Assembly (NCBI GenBank): GCA_944320495.1
Contig: CALUHR010000013.1
Span: 256,001-320,000 of the forward strand
Source: Candidatus Methanomethylophilaceae archaeon
GTDB lineage: Archaea > Thermoplasmatota > Thermoplasmata > Methanomassiliicoccales > Methanomethylophilaceae
Direction: 5' to 3'
DNA: 64,000 nt
Translations under genes and position numbers: made by a program
Notes under the pieces: generated by a model
The model's database searches: none
What the model was told of the DNA's origin: nothing
What the model saw: only the letters and a program-made list of their open reading frames with translations
Part shown: in pieces, positions 20,129 to 30,094 of the stretch
How positions within the stretch are numbered: position 1 is the stretch's first letter
How the letters are laid out: each line of letters starts with the position of its first letter

Positions 20129-21454
20129 ATGTACGTAGCTGTCGATGACACGGATTCCATGAGGGGCAATTGCACGACGTTCCTCGCAACGGAGATCATC
20201 CGCGAACTCTCCGATCTGGATCTCATAGGGAATCCGAGGCTCGTCCGTCTCAATCCTGCCGTTCCGTGGAAGACCCGTGGGAACGGGGCCTTGGTCATGC
20301 GCTTCGGACGCGGGAGAGGTCCATCCAGAATGATCGGCAGGATCGGTGACAGGGATATCGTCTGCTACGACGACTGCACGGCATGGGAGCCGGATCCCGA
20401 ATCCATAAGATCGAGGGTGATCCCCCTTATGGAGGAATACCATGATCCGGAGCTATCGGATCCGGGTCTCCTGATATCGAGGACGAAGCCGTCCCAATCG
20501 TTCTATTGGAGAGGTGTCCGGACCATCATGGGTCGCGAGGACGTCGATCCCGAGATATCGAGGCTCGGGGCTATTACGCATGAGATAAACAAGGGCCGCG
20601 GATTGATAGGATGCGTCTGCGGCATGGCATGGAGGCCCCGCGACAGCACCTTCGAGCTCCTGTCGTACAGGCCCCGCGAGAGATGGGGCACGAAGAGGGT
20701 GTTCGATCCGGACACCATAAGGTCCGTCGAGTTCGGATATCCGTCGACGTTCAACTCGTGGGAGGAGAGGTCCCATAAGGTCGCGATGGTTCCATCGACC
20801 CCCTGTCCCGTCATGTACGGCCTCCGCGGCGATGATGAGGACGATCTCATAGAGGCCGCTCCGAGGATATCCACCGAGACCATCGACAGATGGATGGTCT
20901 TCCTGACCAATCAGGGGACTGACGACCACATAATCCATGATCCCGACGAACTCGTTCCGAACAGGTCCTATTCAATCCACGGAACCGTATCATCCAATTC
21001 GACGCATTCGGAGGGAGGCCACACTTTCATCCGCATCGACACGGAGCTCGGCGGTCTGGACTGCGCCGCGTACGAGCCTTCTAAGGAGTTCCGCTACGTC
21101 CTCGATTGGCTGCGCCCCGGGGACGAGGTGGAGATGCTCGGAGAGCTTAGGGAGGAACCGAGGACCCTGAACCTCGAGAAGGTACACGTCGTATCCACAA
21201 TCGAGGATTCCATGAAGATCTCCAACCCGATATGTCCGATATGCTCCCGTACGATGAAGTCCACCGGGAAGGGGAACCGCTTCAAATGCAAGAAGTGCGG
21301 GACCCGCTCGTCAGAACCCGTGACCCGCAGGGTGAGGAGGCAGATCGTCCCCGGATGGTATGAGCCTCCCACATCGGCGAGGCGCCATCTATCCAAGCCC
21401 CTGAAGAGGATGGGTCTGGAACAACCGGTAGAGTTCGTCAATGGTCGTACTTGA
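20129..21454 (+). CDS. tiaS: tRNA(Ile2) 2-agmatinylcytidine synthetase
   Basis: VAVDDTDS...CTT, PRLVRLNPAVPWKTRGNG, PCPVMYGLRG, FLTNQGTDDH, OB fold, Zn ribbon CPIC...CKKC. Confidence 0.95.
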   Translation: MYVAVDDTDSMRGNCTTFLATEIIRELSDLDLIGNPRLVRLNPAVPWKTRGNGALVMRFGRGRGPSRMIGRIGDRDIVCYDDCTAWEPDPESIRSRVIPLMEEYHDPELSDPGLLISRTKPSQSFYWRGVRTIMGREDVDPEISRLGAITHEINKGRGLIGCVCGMAWRPRDSTFELLSYRPRERWGTKRVFDPDTIRSVEFGYPSTFNSWEERSHKVAMVPSTPCPVMYGLRGDDEDDLIEAAPRISTETIDRWMVFLTNQGTDDHIIHDPDELVPNRSYSIHGTVSSNSTHSEGGHTFIRIDTELGGLDCAAYEPSKEFRYVLDWLRPGDEVEMLGELREEPRTLNLEKVHVVSTIEDSMKISNPICPICSRTMKSTGKGNRFKCKKCGTRSSEPVTRRVRRQIVPGWYEPPTSARRHLSKPLKRMGLEQPVEFVNGRT

Positions 21455-21506
21455 TAATCGACACTATTTTATAAAGTACGCCGATGACTAGCCGAGGGAA
21501 CATCCC

Positions 21507-22685
21507 ATGGACGAAGCAGTCATCGTAAGCGCCGTAAGGACGCCTATAGGAAAATACGGCAAGAGCCTCGCTGGTTTCAAAGCCACCGAACTCGGGGCCA
21601 TGGTCGTGAAGGAGGCCGTCTCCCGTGCCGGTCTCCAGCCCGAGGACATCCAGGAATGCATCATGGGCAACGTCATCGGCGCAGGTCTCGGACAGAACCC
21701 CGCCAGGCAGGCCGCCATCGGCGCCGGCCTCCCCGTGGAGATCGGTTCGTTCACCGTGAACGACGTCTGCGGATCCGGACTCAAGGCCGCCATGCTCGCC
21801 TCCGACGCCATCAAGGCCGGGGAGTACGAGGTGCTCGTCGCCGGAGGAATGGAGAGTATGTCCAACGCCCCCTACCTGCTCAACGGTGCGAGGTGGGGAT
21901 ACAAGATGAACGACCAGAAGGTCGTCGACTCCATGGTCCACGACGGACTCTGGGACATATTCAACGACCAGCACATGGGATTCACTGGCGAGATTGTCGC
22001 CGAGAGGTTCAACGTCACCAGGGAGGACTCCGACAGGCTCTCGATGGAATCCCACATCAAGGCCGCCAAGGCCACCAAGGAGGGCAAGTTCAAGAACGAG
22101 ATCCTCCCGATCACCATCCACTCCAGGAAGGGGGACACCGTCATCGACACCGATGAGGGCATCAGGGAGGACACGACCATGGAGGGCCTCGCCAAGCTGA
22201 AGCCCGTCTTCAAGAGCGACGGACAGGTCACCGCGGGTAACTCCTCCCAGCTCAGCGACGGAGCTTCCGCCCTCGTTATCACTTCCAGGAAGTGGGCCGA
22301 GGAGCACGGCATCAAGCCGATGGCGTCCATCGTCGCCTACGGCGAGAGGGGAGTCAAGCCCGAGTACATCATGGAGGCCCCCATACCCACCACCAGGCAC
22401 GTGCTGAAGAAGGCTGGAATGACCATCGACGACATCGACCTCTTCGAGCACAACGAGGCCTTCGCCTCCGCGTCCTGCGCGGTCAAGAAGGACCTGAACG
22501 TCCCCGACGAGATCTTCAACGTGAACGGAGGGGCGGTCGCGCTCGGACACCCCATCGGATGCTCCGGAGCCCGTGTCATGACCACGCTGCTCTATGCGCT
22601 CCAGGACAGGAACAAGGAGACCGGACTGGCCACCCTGTGCCTCGGCGGCGGCAACGCGGTCACCATGATTGTTCGCCGCGAGTGA
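21507..22685 (+). CDS. Acetyl-CoA C-acetyltransferase (thiolase)
   Basis: TVNDVCGSG, TAGNSSQLSDGA, EHNEAFA, GGAVALGHPIGCSG, CLGGG. Confidence 0.96.
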   Translation: MDEAVIVSAVRTPIGKYGKSLAGFKATELGAMVVKEAVSRAGLQPEDIQECIMGNVIGAGLGQNPARQAAIGAGLPVEIGSFTVNDVCGSGLKAAMLASDAIKAGEYEVLVAGGMESMSNAPYLLNGARWGYKMNDQKVVDSMVHDGLWDIFNDQHMGFTGEIVAERFNVTREDSDRLSMESHIKAAKATKEGKFKNEILPITIHSRKGDTVIDTDEGIREDTTMEGLAKLKPVFKSDGQVTAGNSSQLSDGASALVITSRKWAEEHGIKPMASIVAYGERGVKPEYIMEAPIPTTRHVLKKAGMTIDDIDLFEHNEAFASASCAVKKDLNVPDEIFNVNGGAVALGHPIGCSGARVMTTLLYALQDRNKETGLATLCLGGGNAVTMIVRRE

Positions 22686-22852
22686 TATTCGCAATCACAA
22701 ACCATTTAACAAACCACTTACCATCGATTATCTTCCAGCATTGCATTATAGAGATTGTCAGATGATTATGAATAATCGATATTCTGTTGACAATTGCATT
22801 TTGGATATGTCGCATCCGTTCCGTTAGGATGGCAACGCGTATGAACGGATGA

Positions 22853-24100
22853 GTGGATTACTCCGTTATGAAGAGCCTCCAGTCCGTCTTCGGAGAGATA
22901 GATGCCAGCATGGAAGAGATAATCCAGACAGCCGTCGAGTTGGTCGGATATCCCGCATTGGCACCGATCAACGGAGGGACTGGCGAGGGGGCCAAGGCGG
23001 ATTACATCGTCTCCAAGCTCAGGGGGTTCGACAGCGTCGAGCGTATCGAGTTCCCCGATGTTACTGATCCTTCTGTGATGAGGCCCAACATAATCGCCAG
23101 GAAGAATGGCAAGGGCAAGGGGACCTTGTGGATAGTGTCCCATATGGATGTGGTCCCCACTGGTGACCCGGAGTTGTGGGACACTCCTCCGTTCGAAGGA
23201 GTCTACAAAGACGGTCGCATCTACGGCAGGGGGACCGAGGATAACGGACAGTCCGTCGTGGCCTCGATGTTCGCCGCCAAGCCGTTCCTGGATGAGGAGT
23301 TCGATGGGATGTCGCTTGCCTTAGCCTATGTGGCGGACGAGGAGACCTCCAGCGTCCTCGGCATACAGAGCCTCCTGGAGAAGGGTCTGTTCTCGGAGGA
23401 CGATGCGATAATGGTCCCGGACTGGGGATCCCCAGGAGGAACCATGATAGGCCTGGCGGAGAAGTCCGTCCTATGGCTGAGGTTCGTGATCGAGGGGAGG
23501 ACCACCCACGGTTCCACTCCCGAGCTCGGTGTCAACGCGTACCGCGTCTCCACTCTCCTGTTGATGGACCTGATGGAATCCCTCCCGGAGAAGTTCGGCG
23601 AGAGGGATGACCGCTTCCTGAATGGCGTGTCCACGTTCGAACCGACCAAGAGGCCAGCCACTGTCGACAACGTGAACACGATACCCGGCCACGACGAGTT
23701 CTGCATGGACATCCGCCTCCTCCCTGAATACGACCCCGATGATGTGCTGCGCGAGGCCGAGGCCATCGCGAGATGCTATGCGAGGGACACGGGCGCCGAG
23801 ATCCGTGTGGAGGTCATCCAGAAGGCCGTAGCGGGAAGACCGTCGCCAGATGACAGGGAGGAGTTCACCGCCCTGGCGGAATCCGTCGAGGAGGTAATCG
23901 GAGTGAGACCGAGAGGTGTCGGGATGAGCGGCGGCACATGTGCCAACTTCTTCAGGCTCAAGGGACTGGACGCGTATGTGTGGCAGTCGGAGGGAGGGAC
24001 CCTTCATGCGCCCAACGAATACGTGACGGTGGACCATCTGCTGACCGATGCGAAGGTGTACGCCTCGCTTATCCGCAGGATGTGCGTCACTCGTCGCCGA
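22853..24100 (+). CDS. M20 family metallohydrolase (ArgE/DapE-like)
   Basis: SHMDVVP, GRGTEDNG, DEE, HGSTP, HAPNEY. First CGA at 24098-24100; standard-code end 24136. Confidence 0.9.
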
Positions 24101-25286
24101 AGAGCCTCTGGATCATCCACTCGGTGTCGAACTTGACGATGTCGCCGTATTCCTGACCGTTGCAGACGAAGGCTATCGGCTTGTTGATGGTGTGGGCGAT
24201 CGACAGCGCGGCGCCTCCCTTGGCGTCGGTATCGATCTTCGTCAGAATGATGGTATCGATGCCGATCGCTTTGTCGAAGACGCGGGCCTGCTCTATGGCG
24301 TCGTTGCCGGCGAGGGAGTCTCCCACGAAGACCTTGAGATCGGGCTTAGCGATCCTCACGATCTTCTTCATCTCCTCGATGAGGTTGCTGTTCGTCTGCA
24401 TCCTCCCGGCGGTGTCGATGAGGACGACGTCCTTCCTCTTGGAGCGGGCGTGCTCTATGGCGTCGTAGGCGACCGCCGAGGGATCGGCATCGTGGTCCTG
24501 TTTGACGATCTTGCAGCCCAGCCTCTCCGAATGGATGGTGAGCTGCTCGATGGCCCCCGCCCTGAAGGTGTCGCAGGCCGCGAGGACGACCGTCTGGCCG
24601 TTGTTCATGATGCGGTTGGCGATCTTGGCGATGGCGGTGGTCTTGCCGGTGCCGTTGATACCGACGAACATGATGACGGTGGGTCTCTCCTGTCCGGCGA
24701 GCCATCCGTCGAAATCGAACTCGTTTATCTTCAGGACGTCGCGGACGGCGTCCCTGACGGCCATCTCCACGACCTCTTCGAGACTGTAGGAGCGGTCGTA
24801 CTTCCTTCCAACTAGGTTCTCGCGGACCCCGGCCTTGATCTCCTCGACCACAGGGTATGCGACGTCCGCCTCAAGGAGGATGATCTCCAGCTCGTCGAGG
24901 ATCTCGTTGAGCGGGTCCTCCTTGATCCTCTTGCCGGAGTCGCCGACGGGGACGTCGGTGGATGCGGAGGGCTTCTTACCTTCCTTCCTCTCCTGTTTCT
25001 TGAGCTTCAGCATCTCCTTCCTGGAGAGCTTGGGTTCCTCGCGGACGGGTTCCGGCTCGGGCTGCTGGATTGTTGGCTGGGAGACGACGGGTTCCTCGGT
25101 CCTCTGGGGGACCTCGGGGGTCTCCGTCTCCACGGGCGCATGGGTGGCCTCCGGTCCCTTCTCGGGGACCGGGGGTGCGGGCGGCTGTTCGGCCTCCTCC
25201 GTCCTGTAGACCTGCTCCTCGTTGAGCTTCTTGCCCTTCGAGAAGAGTCCCTTCATCTTGGACTTGAGGGAGTCGAACATCGCCAC
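24087..25286 (-). CDS. ftsY: SRP receptor FtsY
   Basis: Acidic/Pro-rich N-terminus; GINGTGKTT, DTFRAGA, DTAGR, TKIDTDAKGG. Confidence 0.97.
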   Translation of the reverse strand: MAMFDSLKSKMKGLFSKGKKLNEEQVYRTEEAEQPPAPPVPEKGPEATHAPVETETPEVPQRTEEPVVSQPTIQQPEPEPVREEPKLSRKEMLKLKKQERKEGKKPSASTDVPVGDSGKRIKEDPLNEILDELEIILLEADVAYPVVEEIKAGVRENLVGRKYDRSYSLEEVVEMAVRDAVRDVLKINEFDFDGWLAGQERPTVIMFVGINGTGKTTAIAKIANRIMNNGQTVVLAACDTFRAGAIEQLTIHSERLGCKIVKQDHDADPSAVAYDAIEHARSKRKDVVLIDTAGRMQTNSNLIEEMKKIVRIAKPDLKVFVGDSLAGNDAIEQARVFDKAIGIDTIILTKIDTDAKGGAALSIAHTINKPIAFVCNGQEYGDIVKFDTEWMIQRLFGDE

Positions 25287-25290
25287 CGCC

Positions 25291-25728
25291 TCACTGCGCT
25301 CCGGCCTGCTGGCGCCTGGCCTCGTATTCCTGCTGGACGGTCTCGGACATCGCCGCCAGGTTCCTCTGGGCGTCGTTGAGCGCCTCGACGGACTTCTTGA
25401 GGGCCTCGTTGATCTCGGCGGCGTTGGCCTCGAGGTACTCGATGGAGTCGTCGGAGGTCTTCTGGACTGAGATGCCGGACCCGATGTTGGTGACGACGGT
25501 CCTGTTCCCGGTGACCTTCACGGGGATGTAGCACGAGGCTCCAACGGGCACCATGATCTCGTCGCCCTCCTTGGCGTCCTTGAACGCCTTGACGGACTCG
25601 AGGGCGAGGGAGACCTCGTCGAACGAGACGCGGAGGACCTGGACCTGGCGGTTCATGGCCTCGACCCTCTCCCTGTAGGCGTCCACCAGGGCGATTGCCT
25701 GACGGAGCTCGTTGTCGTTCACGTTCAC
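25291..25728 (-). CDS. pfdA: Prefoldin subunit alpha
   Basis: EIMVPVGASCYI...VVTNIGSGISVQK between coiled coils. Confidence 0.93.
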   Translation of the reverse strand: MNVNDNELRQAIALVDAYRERVEAMNRQVQVLRVSFDEVSLALESVKAFKDAKEGDEIMVPVGASCYIPVKVTGNRTVVTNIGSGISVQKTSDDSIEYLEANAAEINEALKKSVEALNDAQRNLAAMSETVQQEYEARRQQAGAQ

Positions 25729-25952
25729 TCACCGATCTGGTACTTGACGGTGTGGTTGACGACCTGGTCCGCGGGGATCTCGGCGACATCGGTGATGTCG
25801 ATCTGCCACCTCTTCAGCTTGTGCTTGCTGCCGATGGTGGACAGGGCCTTCTCCTTGACGGCGGCCTCGTCCTCGGCGGCCATCTCGATGGAGAAGGGCT
25901 GCCTGATCTGCCTGGGGTCTGCGTAGTTGCCAGTGACACGGAATGCTTTCAT
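25725..25952 (-). CDS. rpl18a: 50S ribosomal protein L18Ae/LX
   Basis: MKAFRVTG...STIGSKHKLKRWQIDI; conserved rpl18a-pfdA-ftsY order. Confidence 0.92.
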   Translation of the reverse strand: MKAFRVTGNYADPRQIRQPFSIEMAAEDEAAVKEKALSTIGSKHKLKRWQIDITDVAEIPADQVVNHTVKYQIGE

Positions 25953-26070
25953 GGTGATTACCTTGCCGTGTGCAACCGCACCCCCTTAATAAAGGGTTCG
26001 CTCGCGCGTAATATAGCGGGCGCAGCGTCTTCGGAGGCCAGGATGTTGTCCGGACGAATGTGCCAGACCA

Positions 26071-27300
26071 TCGGAAAAGCCTCTGTCTGCCCGCCTCCTC
26101 CGATGCGAATCCGAAATCGGCCATCTTCCTGCCTATGAGGAACACGGCGGCGAACTCGGGGACCTCCGTCTCCCCCTCCAGGGAGAAATGCTCCCCCTTC
26201 ATGTCCAGCTTCGCGGGCCTCCTCATCGTGATCTTCACAGGGTCGTCGGAGTAAGCGTCAGGCACTGCCATCTGCAGGGGGTCGAAATCCGTGAGCTGGT
26301 CCCTGGTGATGGGGGTCACGCGGAGCCCGCTCTTGCCGTGGACGGACCCGGGGAGGCGTATCAGCCTCTTGATGTCCGCCGTGACCGGCTCGTCCACCTC
26401 GCCCGAGAGTCTCGGTGCCATGTCCTCGGCCATGATCTTCACGAGGATGTTCTGGGTGGACGTGGACAGCATGGCCATGGTGTTCCTCTCGAACAGCCTG
26501 GTCCTGGCGCCCTTCAGCTCCTCCTGGGCCTTGTAGACGGTCTTGATGTCGCTGCCCTTGATGCTGGGGTACTCGCGTTTGAGCTCCTTCCCGTCCCCGT
26601 CGCAGAAGTCGTTGACGACGTCCATGAGGCCGTGGCGCATTCTCAGCCTCCATCCTCCCGCATCCGCGGGAGGGATCAGCCTGTCCTTGGCGACGTTGGT
26701 GCGCATGCCTGACCCCGTGACGACCTTGGACGTGGCGACCCTGTTGTAAGGGAAGACCCAGTCGATGTTGAGGCCGGACCCGGTGATGTAGTCCACGAGC
26801 TCGCGCCTCTCGTGCGTCCCTAGCTCCATGACGTCCGGCGTGCGGACGTGGGCGTGGTACCCCCTTCCGCCGGAGAACGTGATGTGGACCTGCTCCTCCG
26901 AGAATCCCAGGTCCCCGAGCAGGAAGGAGTCGACGAGGTTCATCATCTCCGAGCGGATCTGCCTGAGCATCTCCGCATAGGTCATGTTCGCGGCGCCCTC
27001 CAGGTGGTCGGCGTCCAGGTCGAAGATGAGCTCCGCCCCGAGCCACTCCTTCTCGTCCATGGTGGGGGCGTCCGGCTTGCGGTAGTATGACGTGGAGTAG
27101 TAGCTGTGCGCGGGGACGTTCCCCTGCATGTACCGGCGCAGCTCTTCGGGGCTGCTGAACGATAGGTGCCTCTGGACGTAGTTCCTGTCGAAGAACATGA
27201 AGCCGAACTCCCTGCGGGCGAACCTGTCTGGCACAATGGGACCGTCCGTCCGGTAGTACTTCTTGAACGCCTTGAGCATGAAGCGGGAGTTCGGGTCCAT
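26071..27300 (-). CDS. priS: DNA primase catalytic subunit
   Basis: REFGF, AELIFDLDAD, FSGGRGYH, DEPVTADIKRLIRLPGSVHGKSG. Ends ...RQRLF-CGA(26073-26071); in the standard code it runs to 25729 across rpl18a. Confidence 0.94.
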
Positions 27301-27395
27301 CGCCACGAGGACGGGGAGCGCGTATATCCATTTTCTGGGGAGCGTACGAAGGAACCTCCGAGATGCCTTTATCCGGTGACGGCTTACGAGGCCCG

Positions 27396-28232
27396 ATGAG
27401 CGAGAGCGTCCCAGTCTACGACAACCACATCCACATGTCCCCCTCCGGGAGGAACGTCGAGGCCCTGAAGGAGTACCAGGCCGCCGGCGGGACGGGGCTG
27501 ACGCTGGTGACGTTGCCCTACCCCGAGGTCCGCATCCGCGAGGGCGCGGACTTCGAGAGGTCGTATCAAATAACGTACGGTCTGGCACAGCGCGCCAGGG
27601 AGGAGACGGACCTGGAGATCAACATCGCCGTGGGGCCGTATCCGATTCTCCTGATATCCCTCGCCGAGGCCTACGGCCTGGAGAGGGCGGAGGAGATCAT
27701 GATCGAGGGGATGGAGGCTGCCGCGAGGGACGTGGCCGAGGGGCGCGCCGTCGCCCTCGGCGAGATAGGGAGGCCCCACTTCCCCGTGTCCGAGGAGATA
27801 TGGGACGCGTCCAACAGGGTCCTGCTCCGCGGCATGTAGCTCGCCCGCGAGGTAGACTGCCCCGTCATCATCCACTGCGAGTCCGAGGCCGACACCGACC
27901 GCTCCCTGGCGGAGCTGGCCGACCGCGCAGGTCTGGACAGGGGCAGGGTCGTGAAGCACTCGTCCCCGCCGTGGGTGACCCCTGAGGAGACGCACGGGGT
28001 GATGCCGTCGATACCCGCCTCCAAGACCAACACCAGGGAGGCCATCGGGAAGGGCACCGACCGCTTCATGATAGAGACCGACTACATCGACGACCCTTCC
28101 AAGCCGGGCGCGATCATGTCGGTGAACACAGTCCCCAAACGGGTCAGGGCATGGCTCGCCAACGGCGAGGTGTCCGTGGAGAGCATCCACAGGATCTGCG
28201 GGGACATTCCGAACTCACTTTACAGGAGATGA
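27396..28232 (+). CDS. TatD-family metal-dependent hydrolase with an in-frame TAG at 27837-27839 (read-through / pyrrolysine candidate)
   Basis: DNHIH, ALGEIGRPH, then RGM*LAREVDCPVIIHCE, VVKH, FMIETDYIDD; the domain is continuous in one frame across the TAG. Confidence 0.85.
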
Positions 28233-28237
28233 CAGCG

Positions 28238-28984
28238 ATGGCAAGGATACTCTGCGTGTACGACGAGGGCTCTGTGGTGGACACGCCCCTGATCGGGGCC
28301 AAGGGCTTCTCGATGCTCATAGAATCGGGCGGGAAGCGCGTGCTCTTCGACACAGGCCTCAGGGACAGGTACCTCTCCCACAACCTGGAGTACCTGGAGA
28401 TCGACCCCGCCTCGATAGACGCCGTGGTCGTGTCGCAGTCCCATCCGGACAACTGCAGGGCGATAAACGCCCTCCTCGACCGGAGGTCCGAGCCGGTGGA
28501 CGTGTACGCTCCGTCCGGCCTCTACGCGGGGAAGAAGGGCGTGCTGTCCAAGAGCGCCGGCCTCTCCGACGAGAACAGGGAGAAGGTCCGTCTGCACGAC
28601 CTGGAGGGATGGTTCGAGGTGGCCCCGGACGTATGGGTCACACCCCCGATCGCCTACGCCGACGGCTACAGGGAGGCGTTCGTCGTCATCGACGGGAAGC
28701 GCCTGACCATCGTGAGCGGCAGGGCCCGCGACGGTCCCGGCCCCGTCCTGGACGCCGTGAGGCAGAGGTTCGGCAGGGATGCAAGATCATTCGTGGGGGC
28801 GATCCTCCTGGAGAAGGTGAAGAAGCCCGTGGCGGAGGCATACGCGCAGGAACTGGACGCATGCGGATGCACCGACCTCCACCTGAACCACTGCACCGGC
28901 AGGGACGGCATGACAAACATGAGGGTCCACTTCGGCCTCACGGGCGTGGATGAGTTCTACGTCGGCATGTCCCTGGATGTCTGA
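28238..28984 (+). CDS. MBL-fold metallo-hydrolase-like protein (COG1237-like)
   Basis: GFSMLIESGGKRVLFDTG, VVSQSHPDN (degenerate HxHxDH), HCTG; alternative ATG 28229. Confidence 0.8.
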   Translation: MARILCVYDEGSVVDTPLIGAKGFSMLIESGGKRVLFDTGLRDRYLSHNLEYLEIDPASIDAVVVSQSHPDNCRAINALLDRRSEPVDVYAPSGLYAGKKGVLSKSAGLSDENREKVRLHDLEGWFEVAPDVWVTPPIAYADGYREAFVVIDGKRLTIVSGRARDGPGPVLDAVRQRFGRDARSFVGAILLEKVKKPVAEAYAQELDACGCTDLHLNHCTGRDGMTNMRVHFGLTGVDEFYVGMSLDV

Positions 28985-29038
28985 GGCTTTTGTAACATAG
29001 GATTATATACAAGCTCAATCCAACTGGAGACGATTCAA

Positions 29039-29926
29039 ATGCACTGGCGTCTAAGGACAGCGGCCATGTTCGTGGCGATGACCGGCATACTCGTGGTCGT
29101 CGGCACGGTAGTGGGCTCGTTGCTCGGGAACTGGACGATGGGACTGCTCGCGATGTTCGCGGTGTCGGTCATCTTCAACCTCTACACATACTTCTTCTCC
29201 AAGAAGTGCGCCCTCAGGGCCAACAAGGTCAGGCTCGTCACGAGGGAGCAGGAGCCCAGGCTCTACGGCATCGTGGAGAACCTGGCCATGAAAGCGGGGC
29301 TCCCCATGCCGGAGGTCGGCGTCTCCGAGGTGCCCATGCCCAACGCGTTCGCCACCGGCAGGAATCCCAAGGACGCGGCCGTCGTGGCCACCCGTCCCCT
29401 GCTCAACCTCCTCACCGACGAGGAGCTCGAGGGCGTCATGGCGCACGAGCTCTCCCACGTGAAGAACAGGGACATCCTCGTCATGTCGGTCGCATCCCTG
29501 ATGGCCTCCCTCGTCGCCTACGTCACGAGGATCGCCGTCTGGTCCACGATGTTCAGCGACGAGAGGAACGGTGCCAGCATGCTCCTCGTGCTGCTTGCCG
29601 ACATAACCCTGCCCATCGCGGCCATGCTCGTGCAGCTGGGTGTCTCCAGGAACAGGGAGTACCTCGCCGACGAGACCGGCGCGAGGATGACCGGCAAGCC
29701 CATGGCGCTGGCCAGCGCCCTCACGAAGATCGAGGGCGGATGCAGCTCCAGGGCGAACAACTACGACAACCCCTCGTACGAGAGCGTGTGGATCTCCAAC
29801 CCCCTCGGGAGCAGGAAGGCCAGCGGGCTGATCAACCTCTTCAGGACCCACCCGACCACCCCCGACAGGATCGCCAGGCTGAAGGCCCTGGACGAGGAGA
29901 TCAACGGCGTAAGGCACGTGCTCTGA
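29039..29926 (+). CDS. htpX: Protease HtpX homolog (M48)
   Basis: PNAFATGRNP, HELSH, SRNREYLAD, THPTTPDRI. Confidence 0.95.
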   Translation: MHWRLRTAAMFVAMTGILVVVGTVVGSLLGNWTMGLLAMFAVSVIFNLYTYFFSKKCALRANKVRLVTREQEPRLYGIVENLAMKAGLPMPEVGVSEVPMPNAFATGRNPKDAAVVATRPLLNLLTDEELEGVMAHELSHVKNRDILVMSVASLMASLVAYVTRIAVWSTMFSDERNGASMLLVLLADITLPIAAMLVQLGVSRNREYLADETGARMTGKPMALASALTKIEGGCSSRANNYDNPSYESVWISNPLGSRKASGLINLFRTHPTTPDRIARLKALDEEINGVRHVL

Positions 29927-30011
29927 GGTCTCCGTCCGAGGCCGTAAACCCTTTCCGTTGTCCTTAAGTCGGGACTGGACATGGGGTTCGTTTTCTTTTC
30001 CATATGGGCCT

Positions 30012-30052
30012 CCGGAACCTTCACAATGGAAAAACCCGGAACCTTCACAATG
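30012..30052 (+). repeat. Two 17-nt direct repeats upstream of the ATPase gene
   Basis: ccggaaccttcacaatg at 30012-30028 and 30036-30052, abutting TATATCTA. Confidence 0.85.
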
Positions 30053-30094
30053 TATATCTATAATTGATTGCGTTATTCCAAACCGTGAGCCCCA

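Noticed and set aside
17600-20500. CAA also acting as a stop (general loss of first-position specificity)
   Set aside because: CAA occurs mid-gene (signal peptidase ATC CAA GGA and TAT CAA TAC; tiaS TCC CAA TCG).
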